From assembly GCA_963802945.1 (NCBI GenBank), contig CAWDKY010000025.1, positions 96,001 to 160,000 of the forward strand: a stretch of DNA of 64,000 bases, written 5' to 3'. A program made the position numbers and the translations under genes. Shown here piece after piece: positions 38,155-51,199 of the stretch; within the stretch, counting starts at the first letter, position 1; the number at the start of each line of letters is the position of its first letter. The notes below the pieces were generated by a model. That model made no database searches, had not been told where the DNA came from, and worked only from the letters and a program-made list of their open reading frames with translations. The stretch is from an uncultured delta proteobacterium (GTDB lineage Bacteria > Desulfobacterota > RBG-13-43-22).

Positions 38155-41100
38155 TTACTGCCCTTTGTTCCCCGTTGACCTCAACCCTTTCAGCCAAAGC
38201 CTGAACCGGTCAAGATACAGGTACATGACCGGTGTGGTATAGAGGGTAAGTAGTCTGACTGATGACCAGTCCGCCGACGATGGAGATACCCAGGGGGCGA
38301 CGAATCTCTGAGCCGACGCCCCGTCCTAGGGCCAGGGGAACGGCACCGAGCAGAGCCGCCATGGTGGTCATCATAATCGGTCTAAACCGCAACAGACAGG
38401 CTTGGTAGATGGCCTCAACCGGACTTACCCCCCCTTTGCGTTCGGCTTCTACAGCGAAGTCAACCATCATGATGCCGTTTTTTTTGACGATCCCGATAAG
38501 CAGGATGATCCCGATAAAGGAAATGACCGTCAGTTCGGATCGGAAGATCAGGAGGGCCAGGAGCGCCCCTACACCGGCTGAGGGTAAGGTGGACAGGATG
38601 GTGAGGGGGTGGATGGTGCTTTCATAAAGGATGCCGAGTACGATATAGACCGTTATCAGTGCGGCCAGGATCAGAAGGGGTTGGTTGGCTAAAGAGGCCT
38701 GGAAAGCCTGGGCCGTTCCTTGAAAACTGCCATGGATGCCAGCCGGGAGCACCATCTGGTGTGTGGCCGCCTGTACTTCTTCCACGGCCTCACCGAGCGA
38801 TTTTCCCGGCCGTAAATTGAAAGAAGTGGTGACCGAAGGAAACTGGCCCTGGTGATTCACGGCCAACGAGGTGTTATTCCGCTCAAACCGGCTAAAGGCG
38901 CTAAGCGGCACCATGGCTCCGTTGGTGGCGCGGACATAGATATCTCGCAGTGTCTCGGGGTTTTCCCAGAAGGCCGGCTCGACCTCCATCACGACGTGGT
39001 ATTGATTTAGGAAGGTATAGGAGATCGACACCTGCCGCTGGCCGAAGGCGTCATAAAGGACGTCATCGATCATCTGGGGCGTAATGCCGAAGCGCGAGGC
39101 CGTATCACGGTCGATGACCAAAGTGGCTTCCCGCCCTTTATCCTGCTGGTCACTGCTCACATCAACCAAGGCTGGCAAGGTTCGGAGCCGCTGTAAGATA
39201 CGCGGGGCCGAGGTAACCAAGTCCTTCAAGTTGTCTCCCTGGAGGGTATACTGATACATGGCATTACTTGACCTTCCCCCAATGCGCAGGTCCTGCACCG
39301 GTTGAAGATAGGTCGGGGCCCCCGGTACTTGGTTCAGCTTTTTGCGCAGCCGGGCCATCACCTCGCTGACACTGGCTTTCCGCTTGCCAAAGGGTTTTAA
39401 GGAAATAAACATGCTCGCCTTGTTGGCGGCAGTGCCCCCTCCTCCTCCGCCTCCGGTAAAACCTGAGGCAAAGACTACCTCCGGGTCACTTTTTATGATC
39501 TCCAGGACTTTGGTCAGCTTGGCCTTCATGGCCTGAAAAGATATATCCTGCTCGGCCTGAATGGTTCCGGCAATCCGTCCGGTATCCTGCTCCGGGAAAA
39601 AGCCCTTGGGGATAAAGACAAACAAGACCCCATTGGTCACCACAGTGACCAGCAACACGAGGAGCATCAACCGGGAGTGGCTAAGGGCCCAACGCAGGGT
39701 TATTTCATAGCGACGGTGCATCCAGTTAAAGGCCCCTTCGCTGGCTGCATAGATCCGTCCATGGGCGCCGGTCTTCCCCGGTCTTAAGAACACAGCGCAC
39801 ATCATGGGTGTCGTGGTCAGCGATATGACCAATGAAACCATAATAGCCGCGGATAGCGTGACGGCGAACTCTCGAAACAGACGGCCTACCATACCGCCCA
39901 TGAGTAGGATGGGTAGGAACACGGCCACCAGAGAAGTACTCATGGAAAGAACAGTGAAGCCGATCTCCTGGGCCCCCAGAAAGGATGCCTCAAGGGAGGA
40001 CATCCCCCCCTCAACATGGCGGGTGATGTTTTCGAGTACCACGATGGCGTCATCCACGACAAATCCGGTGGCAATGGTCAGGGCCATCAAAGAAAGATTA
40101 TCCAGGTTGTAGCCGAACAGATACATCACCCCGAAGGTACCCACTAATGAAACCGCCACCGCGACAGCGGGGATGATGGTCGAACGGATGGTTCGCAGAA
40201 AGCCGAAGACGACCAGGATCACGAGGAAAAAAGAGACGATCAGCGATCGTTCAACGTCTCTCAAGGAACCGCGAATCGAAGGAGTTCGGTCCATAACGAT
40301 GAAAAACTCCACCCCTCCGGGCATGGCGGCTTGAAGCTGAGGCAGAAGGTCCTTAACACGATCTACCGTCTCGATGATGTTGGCCCCTGGTTGTCTAAAA
40401 ATAACCACCACCACCGACGGTTTTCCATTGACCATTCCGGCAGCGCGCAGATCCTCGAGCGAATCTTCTACCTTGGCTATATCAGGGAGATGCACGGCCG
40501 CGCCGCTTCGGTAAGTGATGATTAAGGGCAGGTACTGGCTGGCGGTCCGCATTTGATCGTTGGTCTGGATCTCCCAGGTCCTGTTTTCACCGTTCAGTTG
40601 CCCCTTAGGCCGGTTTACATTGGTCTGGCTAAGAACACTTCGGACATCATCCAGACTGATCCCGTATTTGTTGGCCGCATGGGGATTAACATCCACACGC
40701 ACGGCCGGTAAGGAACTGCCGCCGACAAAAACCTGGCCAACCCCTTCGACCTGAGACAGTTTTTGTTGCATAATACTTGAGGCTGCGTCATACATCTGGG
40801 CCGGAGTTAAAACGTCGGAGGTAAGGGCAACGAGCAGCACAGGCGCATCGGCCGGATTGACCTTTCGGTAGATCGGAAGGCTTGGAAGATTGGCCGGCAG
40901 AAAACCCCTGGCGGCGTCGATGGCTGCCTGTACGTCCCGGGCCGCTCCATTGATATTACGGTCCAGATCAAACTGCAGGACGATGGAGGTGGAGCCGCGG
41001 AAGCAGGTCGAAGTCATTTCCGTGACCCCGGCGATGTGCCCGAACTGCCGCTCCAGCGGCGCGGCCACGGATGTGGCCATGGTTTCGGGATCCGCCCCGG

Positions 41101-41253
41101 CAAATTCGCCGATACATAGATCGTTGGAAAATCGATCTGAGGCAGGGGTGATACGGGCAGCAGGCGAAAGGCGATTAGGCCGGTCAGCCCCAGACCTATG
41201 GTCAAAAGGGTAGTGGCTACCGGTCGGGTGATAAAGTGGGCGGAAAGATTCAT
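38155..41253 (-). CDS. mdtC: RND efflux transporter MdtC (frameshifts near 41100 and 38250)
   Basis: [66 protein letters not shown]; third gene of an A-B-C operon. Confidence 0.85.
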
Positions 41254-44200
41254 GGCAATTTCAAGGAAGGGTCTTCATGTCTTGATCTTTTTGCAGGACG
41301 ATTCTTTATCCGTTTAGCCAACCGATCAAAACCCAGATAAATGACCGGGGTCGTATAGAGGGTTAGAATCTGGCTGATGATCAATCCCCCGACGATGGAT
41401 ATACCCAGTGGGTGTCGCAACTCCGAACCGACTCCGCCGCCTAAGGCCAGAGGCAGGGCCCCGAGCAGGGCGGCCAGGGTGGTCATCATGATCGGCCGAA
41501 ATCGCAGGAGAGAGGCCTGATAAATGGCTTCCACCGCATCCTTACCTTCTTTACGCTCGGCATCGAGGGCGAAATCGACCATCATGATCCCGTTTTTCTT
41601 GACGATACCGATCAGCAGAACGATACCGATCAGGGCAATGACACTGAATTCCGTACCGAACATCAAAAGGGCCAGGATTGCCCCCACACCGGCTGAGGGC
41701 AAGGTGGACAGGATGGTGAGGGGGTGGATGTAGCTTTCATAGAGTATGCCCAGGACGATATAGACGGTGATCAGAGCGGCCAGGATCAGCCAAGGCTCAT
41801 TGGCCAAAGAGACTTTAAAGGCCTGGGCCGTTCCTTGAAAGCTGCCCTGGATGCTGGCCGGAAGTCCCAGTTGCTGAGCGGTCGTTTCCACGGCCTCGAC
41901 GGCCTTTCCCAAAGAGGCCCCCCGTTCCAGGTTGAAAGAGACGGTCACTGAGGGAAATTGTCCCTGACGGCTGATAAGCAGCGGTCCTGTGGTCTCTGAG
42001 ATCCGGCTGATGGAACTGAGCGGTACCTGACTCCCACTGCTGCCCCGGAGATAGATATCACCCAGTTTGTCGGGATTTTTTTGAAACTCGGGCTTGACCC
42101 CCAGAATCACCCGATACTGGTTCAACTGGGTAAAGATGGTCGAGACGATCCGCTGACCATAGGCGTTGTAAAGGGTGTCGTCGATGAGCTGAGGCATGAT
42201 GCCGAAGCGGGAAGCCGTGCTGCGGTCGATATCTATGGCCAGACGAAGCCCTTTGTCCTGTTGATCGCTGCTCACCTCCTTCAGCTCGGGTCGTTTGCTC
42301 AGGGCCTCAACCAGCTTGGGGGCCCAGGTGTACAACTCGTTGGCATCAGGGTCCTCCATGGTATACTGAAACTGGGTGCGACTGACCCGGGCATCCACCG
42401 TCAGATCCTGCACGGGCTGCATAAAGAGCTTTGACCCCTTCCACTTTGTCCACTTCCCCTTGAAGGCGGTGGATCACCTCGCTGGCACTGATCTTTCGTT
42501 CCTCCAAGGGTTTGAGGTTGATCAGAATACGTCCGCTGTTGAGTGTGGCATTGGTCCCATCTATACCGATGAAGGAAGACAGACTCATCACCGCCGGGTC
42601 ACGGAGGATGACCTGGGTTAAGGCCTGCTGACGCCTGGACATAGCCGGAAAAGAGACCGACTGGGGCGCCTCGGAGATACCCAGAATGACCCCTGTATCT
42701 TGAACCGGGAAAAAACCTTTAGGTACAATCAGGAACAAGACCACGGTGAGGACCAGCGTTCCTACGGCCACAAGCAGAGTGGCCTGCTGACGCAAGAGGA
42801 CCCATCGCAAGGTCCGGCCGTAAAAGGCGATAATACGATCGAACATCACTCCGGACGTCCGGTAAAATCTTCCTTGTTTCTCTTTAGGGGTATGTTTAAG
42901 TATCTTGGCACACATCATGGGGGTTAGGGTCAGCGAAACGACGGCAGAAATGAGGATGGTTACTCCCAGGGTAATGGCAAATTCCCGGAACAATCGGCCC
43001 ACGACATCACCCATAAATAAGAGAGGAATAAGAACGGCGATGAGGGAAACGGTTAAAGACAAAATGGTGAACCCGATCTGTTTTGATCCTTTGAGGGCTG
43101 CTTGGAGAGGAGATTCCCCTTCTTCGATGTACCGGGCAATATTCTCTATCATGACAATAGCGTCATCCACCACAAAGCCGGTTGAAATGGTCAGGGCCAT
43201 CAGGGAAAGATTGTTCAGACTAAATCCCAAAAGATACATAACCCCAAAGGTCCCTACCAGAGAAAGCGGGACGGCTACGCTGGGGATGGTCGTGGCCGAA
43301 AAATTGCGCAGGAAAAGAAAGATGACCAGAATGACCAGGGCCACGGCCAGCATCAATTCGAACTGGACATCTCTGACCGAGGCTCGAATGGTCGTCGTCC
43401 GGTCGGTCAGTATGGAAACTTTTATGGCTGGAGGGAGAGAGCTCTGGAGATTGGGCATGAGTCTCTTGATTCGATTAACGACTTCGATGACATTGGCCCC
43501 CGGCTGTCGTTGGATATTGAGAATCACGGCCGAACTGTTGTTCATCCAGGCCGCCTGTTGTATATTTTCCGCATCATCGATGGCCTCGGCCACGTCGGAT
43601 ATCCTGATCGGGGCCCCGTTTCGATAACCAACAATCAATGGCCTATACTGATTACTGGAAAAAAGCTGATCATTAGCCCCAATAATGTAAGCTTGGCGAG
43701 GGCCGTCAAAGGTGCCCTTGGCTTGATTGACGTTGGCGTTGGCAATGGAGGACTGCAGGTCTCCCAAAGTCAATCCGTAACTGGCCAGGGTCGTGGGGTT
43801 GGCCAGAATCCGGACGGCCGGTCTTTGCCCGCCGCTGATGCTTACCAGGCCCACACCGGGCAATTGGGAGATCTTTTGGGCAAACCGGGTGTCAGCCAGG
43901 TCTTCAATGTCTGGAAGAGGCAAGGTCTTGGAAGTCAGGGCCAGGGTGAGAATCGGTGCATCAGCCGGATTTACCTTGCTATACACCGGCGGATTGGGAA
44001 GATCCTTAGGGAGAAAGTCAAAGGCCGCATTGATGGAAGCCTGGACCTGTTGTTCGGCTACATCCAGACTGAGTTCTAAGGTGAATTGAAGGGTGATGAC
44101 CGAACTGCCGCTTGAACTGGTAGAGGTCATTTGAGTCAGGCCGGGCATCTGGCCGAATTGGCGTTCTAAGGGGGCGGTCACCGATGAGGCCATCACGTCG

Positions 44201-44367
44201 GGACTGGCCCCGGGATAGAAGGTTCGAACCTGGATGGTGGGGTAATCCACCTGGGGCAGTGCGGAGACCGGTAACTGACGGTAGGCCACGGCCCCGGCCA
44301 GAAAAATAGCCACCATCAACAGGGTCGTGGCTACCGGCCGTGTGATGAAGGGTTGAGAAATGTTCAT
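41250..44367 (-). CDS. mdtB: RND efflux transporter MdtB (frameshift near 42425)
   Basis: [44 protein letters not shown]...SRTQFQY. Confidence 0.88.
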
Positions 44368-45584
44368 CAGCCGCTCCGTCCTCCACGGCCGTTCCCTGGC
44401 CCCTTCAATTCCACTTTTGCACCTTCCCTGAGTCTTTCGGCGCCATCCACTACAACCAGGGCCCCCGCAGGCAACCCTTGATCGATAGAGGCTTCTCCGC
44501 CTTGAATTTCACCTACGGTGATGGGACGGAGCTCAACCGTTTGATCGGCTTTGACGGAATAGACATAAGTACCCTGTGAGCCTCGTTGGATGGCCGCTGC
44601 CGGGATGATAATGGCCTTGTGTTTTATATCAACCAGCAAGCTGGCATTGACAAACTGATTGGGGAACAGTTGCTGGTCCTTATTTTCAAACATAGCCTTG
44701 AGCTTAAAGGTCCCGGTGTTGGGATCGATTTGGTTATCGACGGTCAGAAGAAATCCGCTGGCCAATTTTTTGCTCTGCTCCCGATCATAGACATCCACTT
44801 GCGGCCGCTGTCCGGCCTTAAGCTGGGGCAGCACCCGAGCCAGGCTATCTTCGGGAAGGGAAAAGATGACGGTGATGGGTTGAAGTTGGGTGATGACCAA
44901 TAGGCCGTTCGGGTCAGTGGCGTGGACGATATTACCCGGATCGACAAGACGTAACCCGATTCTTCCGCTGACCGGGGCGGTGATCTTGCTGTAAATCAGT
45001 TGTAGCTTGGCGTTATCAATCAGACCTTGATCGGTCTTGATAGTACCTTCATACTGGCGAACCAGGGCTTCCTGAGTATCCAGCATCTGTTTCTGAATAA
45101 GATCTTGTTTCCATAAGGTACGGTAGCGTTCCAGATCGTCCCGGGCGTTTTTAAGGATCGCCTGGTCTCGGGCCATTTGCCCCTCAGCCTGGGTCAATTG
45201 AACCTCAAAAGGCCGGGGATCGATTCGGGCCAGTAGTTGACCGCTGGCGACGATTTGACCTTCCCGGAAAAGGACCTCCATGAGTTGCCCGTCAACACGG
45301 CTCTTGATGGTGACGGTATTGATAGGGGTTACGGAACCCAGACCATTGAGAAAAACCTTCATGTCGCCCTCTTTGGCCGCTACGGCCATCACTGGTATGG
45401 CCCGGACAGGGGGAGAAGTTTCTTTTTTAGCGATCCCTGGTTGTTTGTTTTCGGACTTACCCCAATAAGTAAAGGTCCAGGCTCCGGCAAGAACGACTAC
45501 CACCAGAGTGATCCACCAAAACCTGAGTAAAAAACCACGACGGCGTTTTGGTAACTCACTTATACCTTTATTTTTTTCGTCCAT
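44367..45584 (-). CDS. mdtA: RND periplasmic adaptor MdtA
   Basis: [57 protein letters not shown]. Confidence 0.9.
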   Translation of the reverse strand: MDEKNKGISELPKRRRGFLLRFWWITLVVVVLAGAWTFTYWGKSENKQPGIAKKETSPPVRAIPVMAVAAKEGDMKVFLNGLGSVTPINTVTIKSRVDGQLMEVLFREGQIVASGQLLARIDPRPFEVQLTQAEGQMARDQAILKNARDDLERYRTLWKQDLIQKQMLDTQEALVRQYEGTIKTDQGLIDNAKLQLIYSKITAPVSGRIGLRLVDPGNIVHATDPNGLLVITQLQPITVIFSLPEDSLARVLPQLKAGQRPQVDVYDREQSKKLASGFLLTVDNQIDPNTGTFKLKAMFENKDQQLFPNQFVNASLLVDIKHKAIIIPAAAIQRGSQGTYVYSVKADQTVELRPITVGEIQGGEASIDQGLPAGALVVVDGAERLREGAKVELKGPGNGRGGRSG

Positions 45585-45670
45585 AAGATCCTTTCCAAAA
45601 AAAATACCAATTTTTTTGTGCCCTTTGCAGTCTGAATGGGTTATTGCCAAGAAATCCGGCGCAGTATTAT

Positions 45671-45699
45671 AAAGTAGCAGACGCAAGCCTGGCCGTCAA
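45671..45699 (-). promoter_or_regulatory. Candidate sigma-70 promoter of mdtABC
   Basis: Minus strand TTGACG-17 bp-TACTTT with TG at the extended -10 position. Confidence 0.45.
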
Positions 45700-45792
45700 G
45701 TGTGTTCCGGCTGCGGCAACAAAGAAGGGCGAGCCTTGGTAGGAACAGCGGCCAGCAGCCCGTCTCAATTGCTGGCAACGACTCGGGCTCGT

Positions 45793-46146
45793 TTATGTTA
45801 TTTTGCTGCTTAGACTTAAAGACTGATCGATCTCTTTGCTGGTGGCAAATGTTGCCCTCTCGCGCAAGCCGCTCCCTTGAGAGCAGTCAAAGATCTGAGA
45901 AATAGACCCGCCGCCTTCCATTGTACCACTCCCGAAGGTCGTTGAGTTGTCAGGGTCGTAATTCAAATCGCCGGATTGGTTCTCAACAATAATATTATAT
46001 TTTCGATTTATCAAAGAAGGTTGATTTGTCGGTTCCAGAATAAATCTCAGCCTTCTCGGTAAGCACGAAATCATTAATTCTATTATTAAAACGAGGAGGT
46101 CCCATACCCCACTCTTCCTTTTCGTTTGAAAATATAAAATCTTCAT
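45793..46146 (-). CDS. Hypothetical protein
   Basis: RBS gaggtg; co-oriented with neighbours; no recognisable motif. Confidence 0.35.
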   Translation of the reverse strand: MKILYFQTKRKSGVWDLLVLIIELMISCLPRRLRFILEPTNQPSLINRKYNIIVENQSGDLNYDPDNSTTFGSGTMEGGGSISQIFDCSQGSGLRERATFATSKEIDQSLSLSSKIT

Positions 46147-46208
46147 AAATCACCTCTTCGTCTTCCAGAAGATGATTGCTGTTTTCCTAAGCAAAGATCG
46201 GTGCTATT

Positions 46209-46409
46209 TTATTTCTTGATAGCGGGTTGTGGAGTCAGTATGGCCATATTTTGAGGTTCCGATAAAATCAAATCAAATTGATCATTTTTGAGCATGGTCA
46301 GTGCGACTTCCAAAGAAAGGGTTGATTGAATAAGGGCTCCTTCCCTAATCAAAATATATACCACCCTGTACTCTTCATCTATGTGCAGTATTTTGATTGG
46401 CTTTTCCAT
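46209..46409 (-). CDS. 66-aa half-receiver (CheY-like) protein
   Basis: IKILHIDEE...EVALTMLKNDQFDLILSE resembles receiver beta1-beta3; Glu at the phospho-Asp position; RBS aagggg. Confidence 0.55.
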   Translation of the reverse strand: MEKPIKILHIDEEYRVVYILIREGALIQSTLSLEVALTMLKNDQFDLILSEPQNMAILTPQPAIKK

Positions 46410-46484
46410 ATTCTTTCCCCTTTAGGTTAAGGGCCATAGTGGAGAAAACCCCATTGGTCCTGACCGTTCTTCGGGAAGGCCCAT

Positions 46485-46973
46485 TCAAGGTCGGAAGCCC
46501 CGGGCAATGCCCAAATTGAGTTCTGTATCTAACCGTAGGCCAAAGACAGGCAATTTTTCCGCCTGGTCCGGGGTTAGGAATCTTTGAGCTAAAACCCTAT
46601 AATCAGTGGCCTTGAATTGCAGCTCGGTGTATAGCTCCATAATTTCCCTTTTTTTGGTATTAATCCTATTCTTGTCCGGTTTAGGATCTATCCAGAGAGT
46701 TCTAAGTTCTGTAAGTTTTCTCGGAATCTCGCTTCGGAGAAAGACTGTTTCCGTTAAGAAGGTATCCCTTAAACTCTTTAACTGGGCCTCCTTTTCCGGC
46801 GAGAGATTTAATATTTTATTTTCACTAGGTTTACTATCCTGACTAAAACTGCTACGGTCTCGGGAGCCCGGACCAAAGGCATGTAGTGAACTTGCCATTA
46901 GAACCAAGGATACAATAATCATTATGAAGGCCGGGCCTAAACCTATCATCTGGATATTAATTTTGTCTTTCAT
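46485..46973 (-). CDS. Spy/CpxP/ZraP-family periplasmic protein
   Basis: Signal peptide; LNLSPEKEAQL...FLTPDQ (LTxxQ motifs); RBS caggag. Confidence 0.75.
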   Translation of the reverse strand: MKDKINIQMIGLGPAFIMIIVSLVLMASSLHAFGPGSRDRSSFSQDSKPSENKILNLSPEKEAQLKSLRDTFLTETVFLRSEIPRKLTELRTLWIDPKPDKNRINTKKREIMELYTELQFKATDYRVLAQRFLTPDQAEKLPVFGLRLDTELNLGIARGFRP

Positions 46974-47207
46974 TTTATTAACTCCTGTTTTTTAATTTTA
47001 AGCGAACCTTACTGCCCTGGTTTTTAGTTAACAGTCCCTTTATAGGGATAGTTTCGTAAACATTCTTAAAATTGTCCTCATGCTTTTGCCTGAGTGAAGA
47101 AATGCGGAAGGTACGTCTCATTAGAAGAGACACATCAAACGTATTAGTCAATTAGACAGAGAGGGGCTCATAAAGTTAAACTTTTTATTAACCATTCAGT
47201 GAACAAA

Positions 47208-47960
47208 ACGACTTACGATAATTATTAAACCGGAAGAAAATTGTTTTTATTTTTAACTTAACAATATTTCCCCTGTCTAAAAAAACAAACCATACAAATT
47301 AGTCGGCCCTTTTAAAGAAAACCTTGGGGCCTAAAAGAAAAATCGAAAGGGGGTAGGCTATAAGCACAAGAAGATTATACGGTTTTTGGATTTCGAGACA
47401 TGGGAAGCCATTAACGTTAACTTTTTTAAAAAAAACCACGAAGGGAAGAAAAAATGATCAGACCAACTAAAATTTTAGTGTTTTTGTTCGCTTTACTTTT
47501 AATAATGAGCGGCAGCGTTTATGCCATGAACCCAGGAGATGGTGGTGCAAAAGAAGGAGTTAAGGCCCATCACCCTAACCTGTTGAATCTCACCCCGCAA
47601 CAAAAAACCAAGCTTCAGGCCTTGTGGAAGAATTTCCGGAAGGAAACGGTTTTTCTACGCAATGACATTAAGGTTAAACGGCTGGAACTTGAAACCTTGT
47701 GGACTGTCCCTAGCCCGGATAAAGACAAGATCATAGCCAAACAAAATGAACTTAACGATCTGAAAACCAAATTACAAATGAAAGCCATTGATTTTCGGCT
47801 GAAAGCCAGGAGTTATCTCACCCCGGAGCAGGCTGCCCAGGTTGGAATGTGGGGGCCGGAGATATGGCACCGGGCGCATATGGCCAGGAGAATGCAGGCA
47901 GGCCATCAGAAAGACCATGGCCATTTTCTAAATCAACCCTAAATTCGTTCCTAACCATTA
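47208..47960 (+). repeat. Direct repeat copy 1 (upstream region plus Spy/CpxP gene)
   Basis: Long identical blocks shared with 55291-56089, e.g. cggaagaaaattgtttttatttttaacttaacaatattt and ttggatttcgagacatgggaagcc. Confidence 0.85.
47454..47942 (+). CDS. Spy/CpxP/ZraP-family periplasmic protein, paralog 1
   Basis: Signal peptide; LNLTPQQ and YLTPEQ; His/Met-rich tail. Confidence 0.8.
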   Translation: MIRPTKILVFLFALLLIMSGSVYAMNPGDGGAKEGVKAHHPNLLNLTPQQKTKLQALWKNFRKETVFLRNDIKVKRLELETLWTVPSPDKDKIIAKQNELNDLKTKLQMKAIDFRLKARSYLTPEQAAQVGMWGPEIWHRAHMARRMQAGHQKDHGHFLNQP

Positions 47961-47962
47961 AA

Positions 47963-47987
47963 GAGAGGGGTCGTAATGGCCCCTCTC
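47963..47987 (+). terminator. Hairpin after the Spy/CpxP gene
   Basis: gagagggg-tcgtaatgg-cccctctc. Confidence 0.45.
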
Positions 47988-48306
47988 CGAGAAAAAAGAA
48001 AAAGAAGAATTGTTTCTGTTTTCATATTGTTAAATTATATGCATTCTTTAACGAAGATGAAGCCCGGAAAACTGTAGCTGATAATTAAACATGAAGAGTA
48101 ACGTTATAAAAATAATGGCTTTGGCTATGGGGAAATTAAGTCTCATTATTATTTTTCTACTTGCCTGGCTTTTTATTTTACGCTTTGCTTTTAATTTGAC
48201 CTCTATGATAAAATTTTAATCAACATGTGGAACAATGAAGGAAGCCGTATACTTTGTTTTTGAAAATAGGAATTATACAGTTTTATGTTGAAGGAGGAGG
48301 TAGCTG

Positions 48307-48903
48307 ATGATACTGAAACAGAATATGAATAAACCGGTTAGGGTCGGCCTTTGGCTCTTACTTTTTTTGACCGTTTCCGGGTTGGTTGCCTGTTATCCTA
48401 TGCCGGAACGGGTGGCTTCCCAACCCATGACCGAAAACACGGGAGGGATTCCTCGACCTTCACCTAACGAGGTCTATTTTTATCCCTTAAAGGGGCAGAC
48501 CATCGAACAACAATCGCGGGATCATTATGAATGTTATGACTGGGCCATTAAGCAGACCGGTTTTGATCCGGGTCTTTCGACTCTCCCGCCGGAGCAACGG
48601 GTCAAGGTGGTCCCCTTACCGCCACCCGGCCATGATACGGCCGTTTATGCGATAGCCGGAGCCGTGCTGGGTGCTATTCTGGGTGGGCCAAGACACGCAG
48701 CCGGCGGGGCCTTGATAGGCGCAGCCGGGGGAGCAATCGCAGGAGCGGCCTCGGATTCAGCCAGACAGGAAGTGGCCCAGCAACAGGAAGAGGCTTATGT
48801 CCAGCGAAATCAGGCAGGCTACGCGCAATTCGAACAAAAGGAGCTTGATTTCCGGCGGGCCATGGGTGCCTGCCTCGAAGGCCGGGGCTATAGTGTAAAA
48901 TAA
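48307..48903 (+). CDS. Glycine-zipper lipoprotein
   Basis: Lipobox LVAC; GAVLGAILGG..GGALIGAAGGAIAGA; YECYDWA..QTGFDP; RAMGACLEGRGYSVK; RBS aaggaggagg. Confidence 0.8.
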   Translation: MILKQNMNKPVRVGLWLLLFLTVSGLVACYPMPERVASQPMTENTGGIPRPSPNEVYFYPLKGQTIEQQSRDHYECYDWAIKQTGFDPGLSTLPPEQRVKVVPLPPPGHDTAVYAIAGAVLGAILGGPRHAAGGALIGAAGGAIAGAASDSARQEVAQQQEEAYVQRNQAGYAQFEQKELDFRRAMGACLEGRGYSVK

Positions 48904-48933
48904 AAAAAACTAAACGGACCTATATTTTTATTT

Positions 48934-49672
48934 ATGGAGGGCATTACCATGTCATATCTTTGCAACACAAAAAATAAATTTTTTATTTCAACAATATTAT
49001 TGGGGATCATCTTGACCGGGCTTTGCCAGGTGGCCGGGGCGGCTGAACGTGAATTTCGTCATCGTGAATTTATGGATTCCCGTTATCATCATGACCATTC
49101 TTATCCGGCTCGCGGTGGGTATGTTAATGTCCTGCCATCAGGACACCGGATGGTGGTTTTTGGCCGGGCAAGATACTACTTTTTTGATGGGGTCTGGTAT
49201 CGTCCTATGGGGGGGCGTTTCCTCATCGTGGCCCCTCCAATCGGACTGGCCGTCACCTTTTTACCTCCCTATTACACGACCATCATGGTAGGGGGAGTGC
49301 CCTATTACTATGCCAATGAGGTCTATTACACGGCTGCCCCCGGCGGCTATGTTGTTGTTGCGCCCCCGATGGGTGATGTAATCCCGGTACCGCCTCCGCT
49401 GGCAGTGTCTCCGCAGGCCCTCCCCCCCGGTACCGCCTGCCGGAGGGCAAACGTCGGGTGAACAGTTATTCATCTATCCCCGCCAAGGCCAGAATGAAAA
49501 GAAACAGGCCGATGATCGATATGAGTGCCACCGCTGGGCCGTAGGCCAGACAGGGTATGACCCGACCAAACCGCCCGTCAATATGCCTGAAGGACAGACA
49601 CTCCAGAAATATGCGGACTATAAACGGGCTATGGGTGCCTGCCTTGATGCCCGAGGGTATTCCGTCAAATAG
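48934..49672 (+). CDS. Exported DUF6515-like Tyr/Pro-rich protein (frameshift in the C-run near 49425)
   Basis: YYFFDGVWYRP..F.IVAPPIG, YYYANEVYY..GYVVVAPP; continues as FIYPRQGQ..YECHRWA.GQTGYDP...MGACLDARGYSVK. Confidence 0.7.
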
Positions 49673-49805
49673 CGGTCATGAAAATTTTCTATTTTTCCGC
49701 GAAAAGGAAATGGTGGATATTCGATTTTCTAATCCTTCTGATAGAATTGATTTTTTCGTGCCTGCCCAAACAGCTGAAGCTTATTTTTGAACCGAAGGGT
49801 TTACT

Positions 49806-51177
49806 ATGCGACGAAAAATTGGAATAACGATCCTGATTGTTTTCGGGCTGGCCGTAATCAGTGGTCTTGGTTTTTGGTGGTTCTGGTCCAAAGGGAACAA
49901 GGGGCCGGGGTTCCGTACAGCAGCAGTGAAACGGGGCGATATCGTAGCCACGATCAGCGCCACGGGCACGGTTGAACCGGAAGAAGTCGTGGATGTGGGG
50001 GCCCAGATCAGTGGAAAAATCGAGGCCTTCGGCAAGGATAAAAACGGAAAGGTCATTAACTACGCTTCAATGGTGAAGGCCGGTATGGTCTTAGTCAGAA
50101 TTGAGGATTCTCTTTATGCAGCCGCCGTAAAAACGGCCCAGGCCCAGTTACAGCAAGCCGACGCCAATGTGATTAATGCCAAGGCCAATGTACTTCAGAT
50201 GAAGGCCAAGTTACTGGAGGCCCAGGCGGACTGGAATCGGGCGCAGAAGCTTGGTCCTTCAGACGCCTTATCCCAGACCCTTTATGACCAATACCAGGCC
50301 GGGTATGAGGTCGCCAAGGCCAATTTGGCCTCGGCCGTGGCCGCAGTCGAGCAAGCCGAGGCGGCAGTAGAGCAAGCCAAGGCCGGCCTTAACACAGCCC
50401 AGATCAATTTCGGTTACTGTACCATCAAAACCCCGGTCGATGGTGTAATTATCGACCGTCGGGTTGACATCGGACAAACCGTGGTGGCCAGTCTGAGTAC
50501 ACCCAGTCTCTTCCTTATTGCCAAGGATCTCAAACATATTCAGGTCTGGGTGGCGGTTAATGAGGCAGATATCGGCAGCATTTCTAAGGGTCAGTGGGTG
50601 ACCTTCACGGTGGACGCCCTTCCTAATCAGGTATTTCAAGGCCAGGTGGGCAGAATTCGCCTCAATGCGACCATGTCTCAGAATGTTGTTACTTACACCG
50701 TCGAGGTCAATACCAACAACGATGACAGTAAGCTCCTACCTTACCTAACGGCTAACGCCAAGTTCATAGTCGGCCGTCGCCAGGGCGTGTTGCTGGTCCC
50801 CAATGCGGCCCTGCGATGGTCACCACGGCCCAACCAGATTGCACCGAACCTCCGGCAAAGATCAGGCGCCGGGGCCTCGAAACGAAAAGGTGAAGCCGGT
50901 TTCGTCCGCACGGATCAGCCGGCGACAAATGGCCTCCTTTGGGTTCCGTCAAGGGAACTTTGTTCGCTCGATCCGCGTCACCACCGGCTTGACGGATGGC
51001 ATGTTTACAGAGGTCGAAGGCCGCGATTTAGCCGAGGGTCTGTCTGTGGTCGTCGGTGAACAAACCGAGGAAACCAGAAGCAAGCCGGTCACCGAGACCA
51101 GTCCGTTTACACCCCAGATAGGTCGTGGATTTCGTCAAGGCCAAGGGGGCCCGGCTGGGTCCGGTGGAAATCGCTGA
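49806..51177 (+). CDS. MacA-type periplasmic adaptor (frameshift near 50950)
   Basis: ISATGTVEP..VDVGAQISG, PVDGVIIDRRVDIGQTVVASL, VNEADIG, LLVPNAALRW; C-terminus VTTGLTDG in the next frame. Confidence 0.85.
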
Positions 51178-51199
51178 GTCCGTATAAAAGTTGTCTGCT

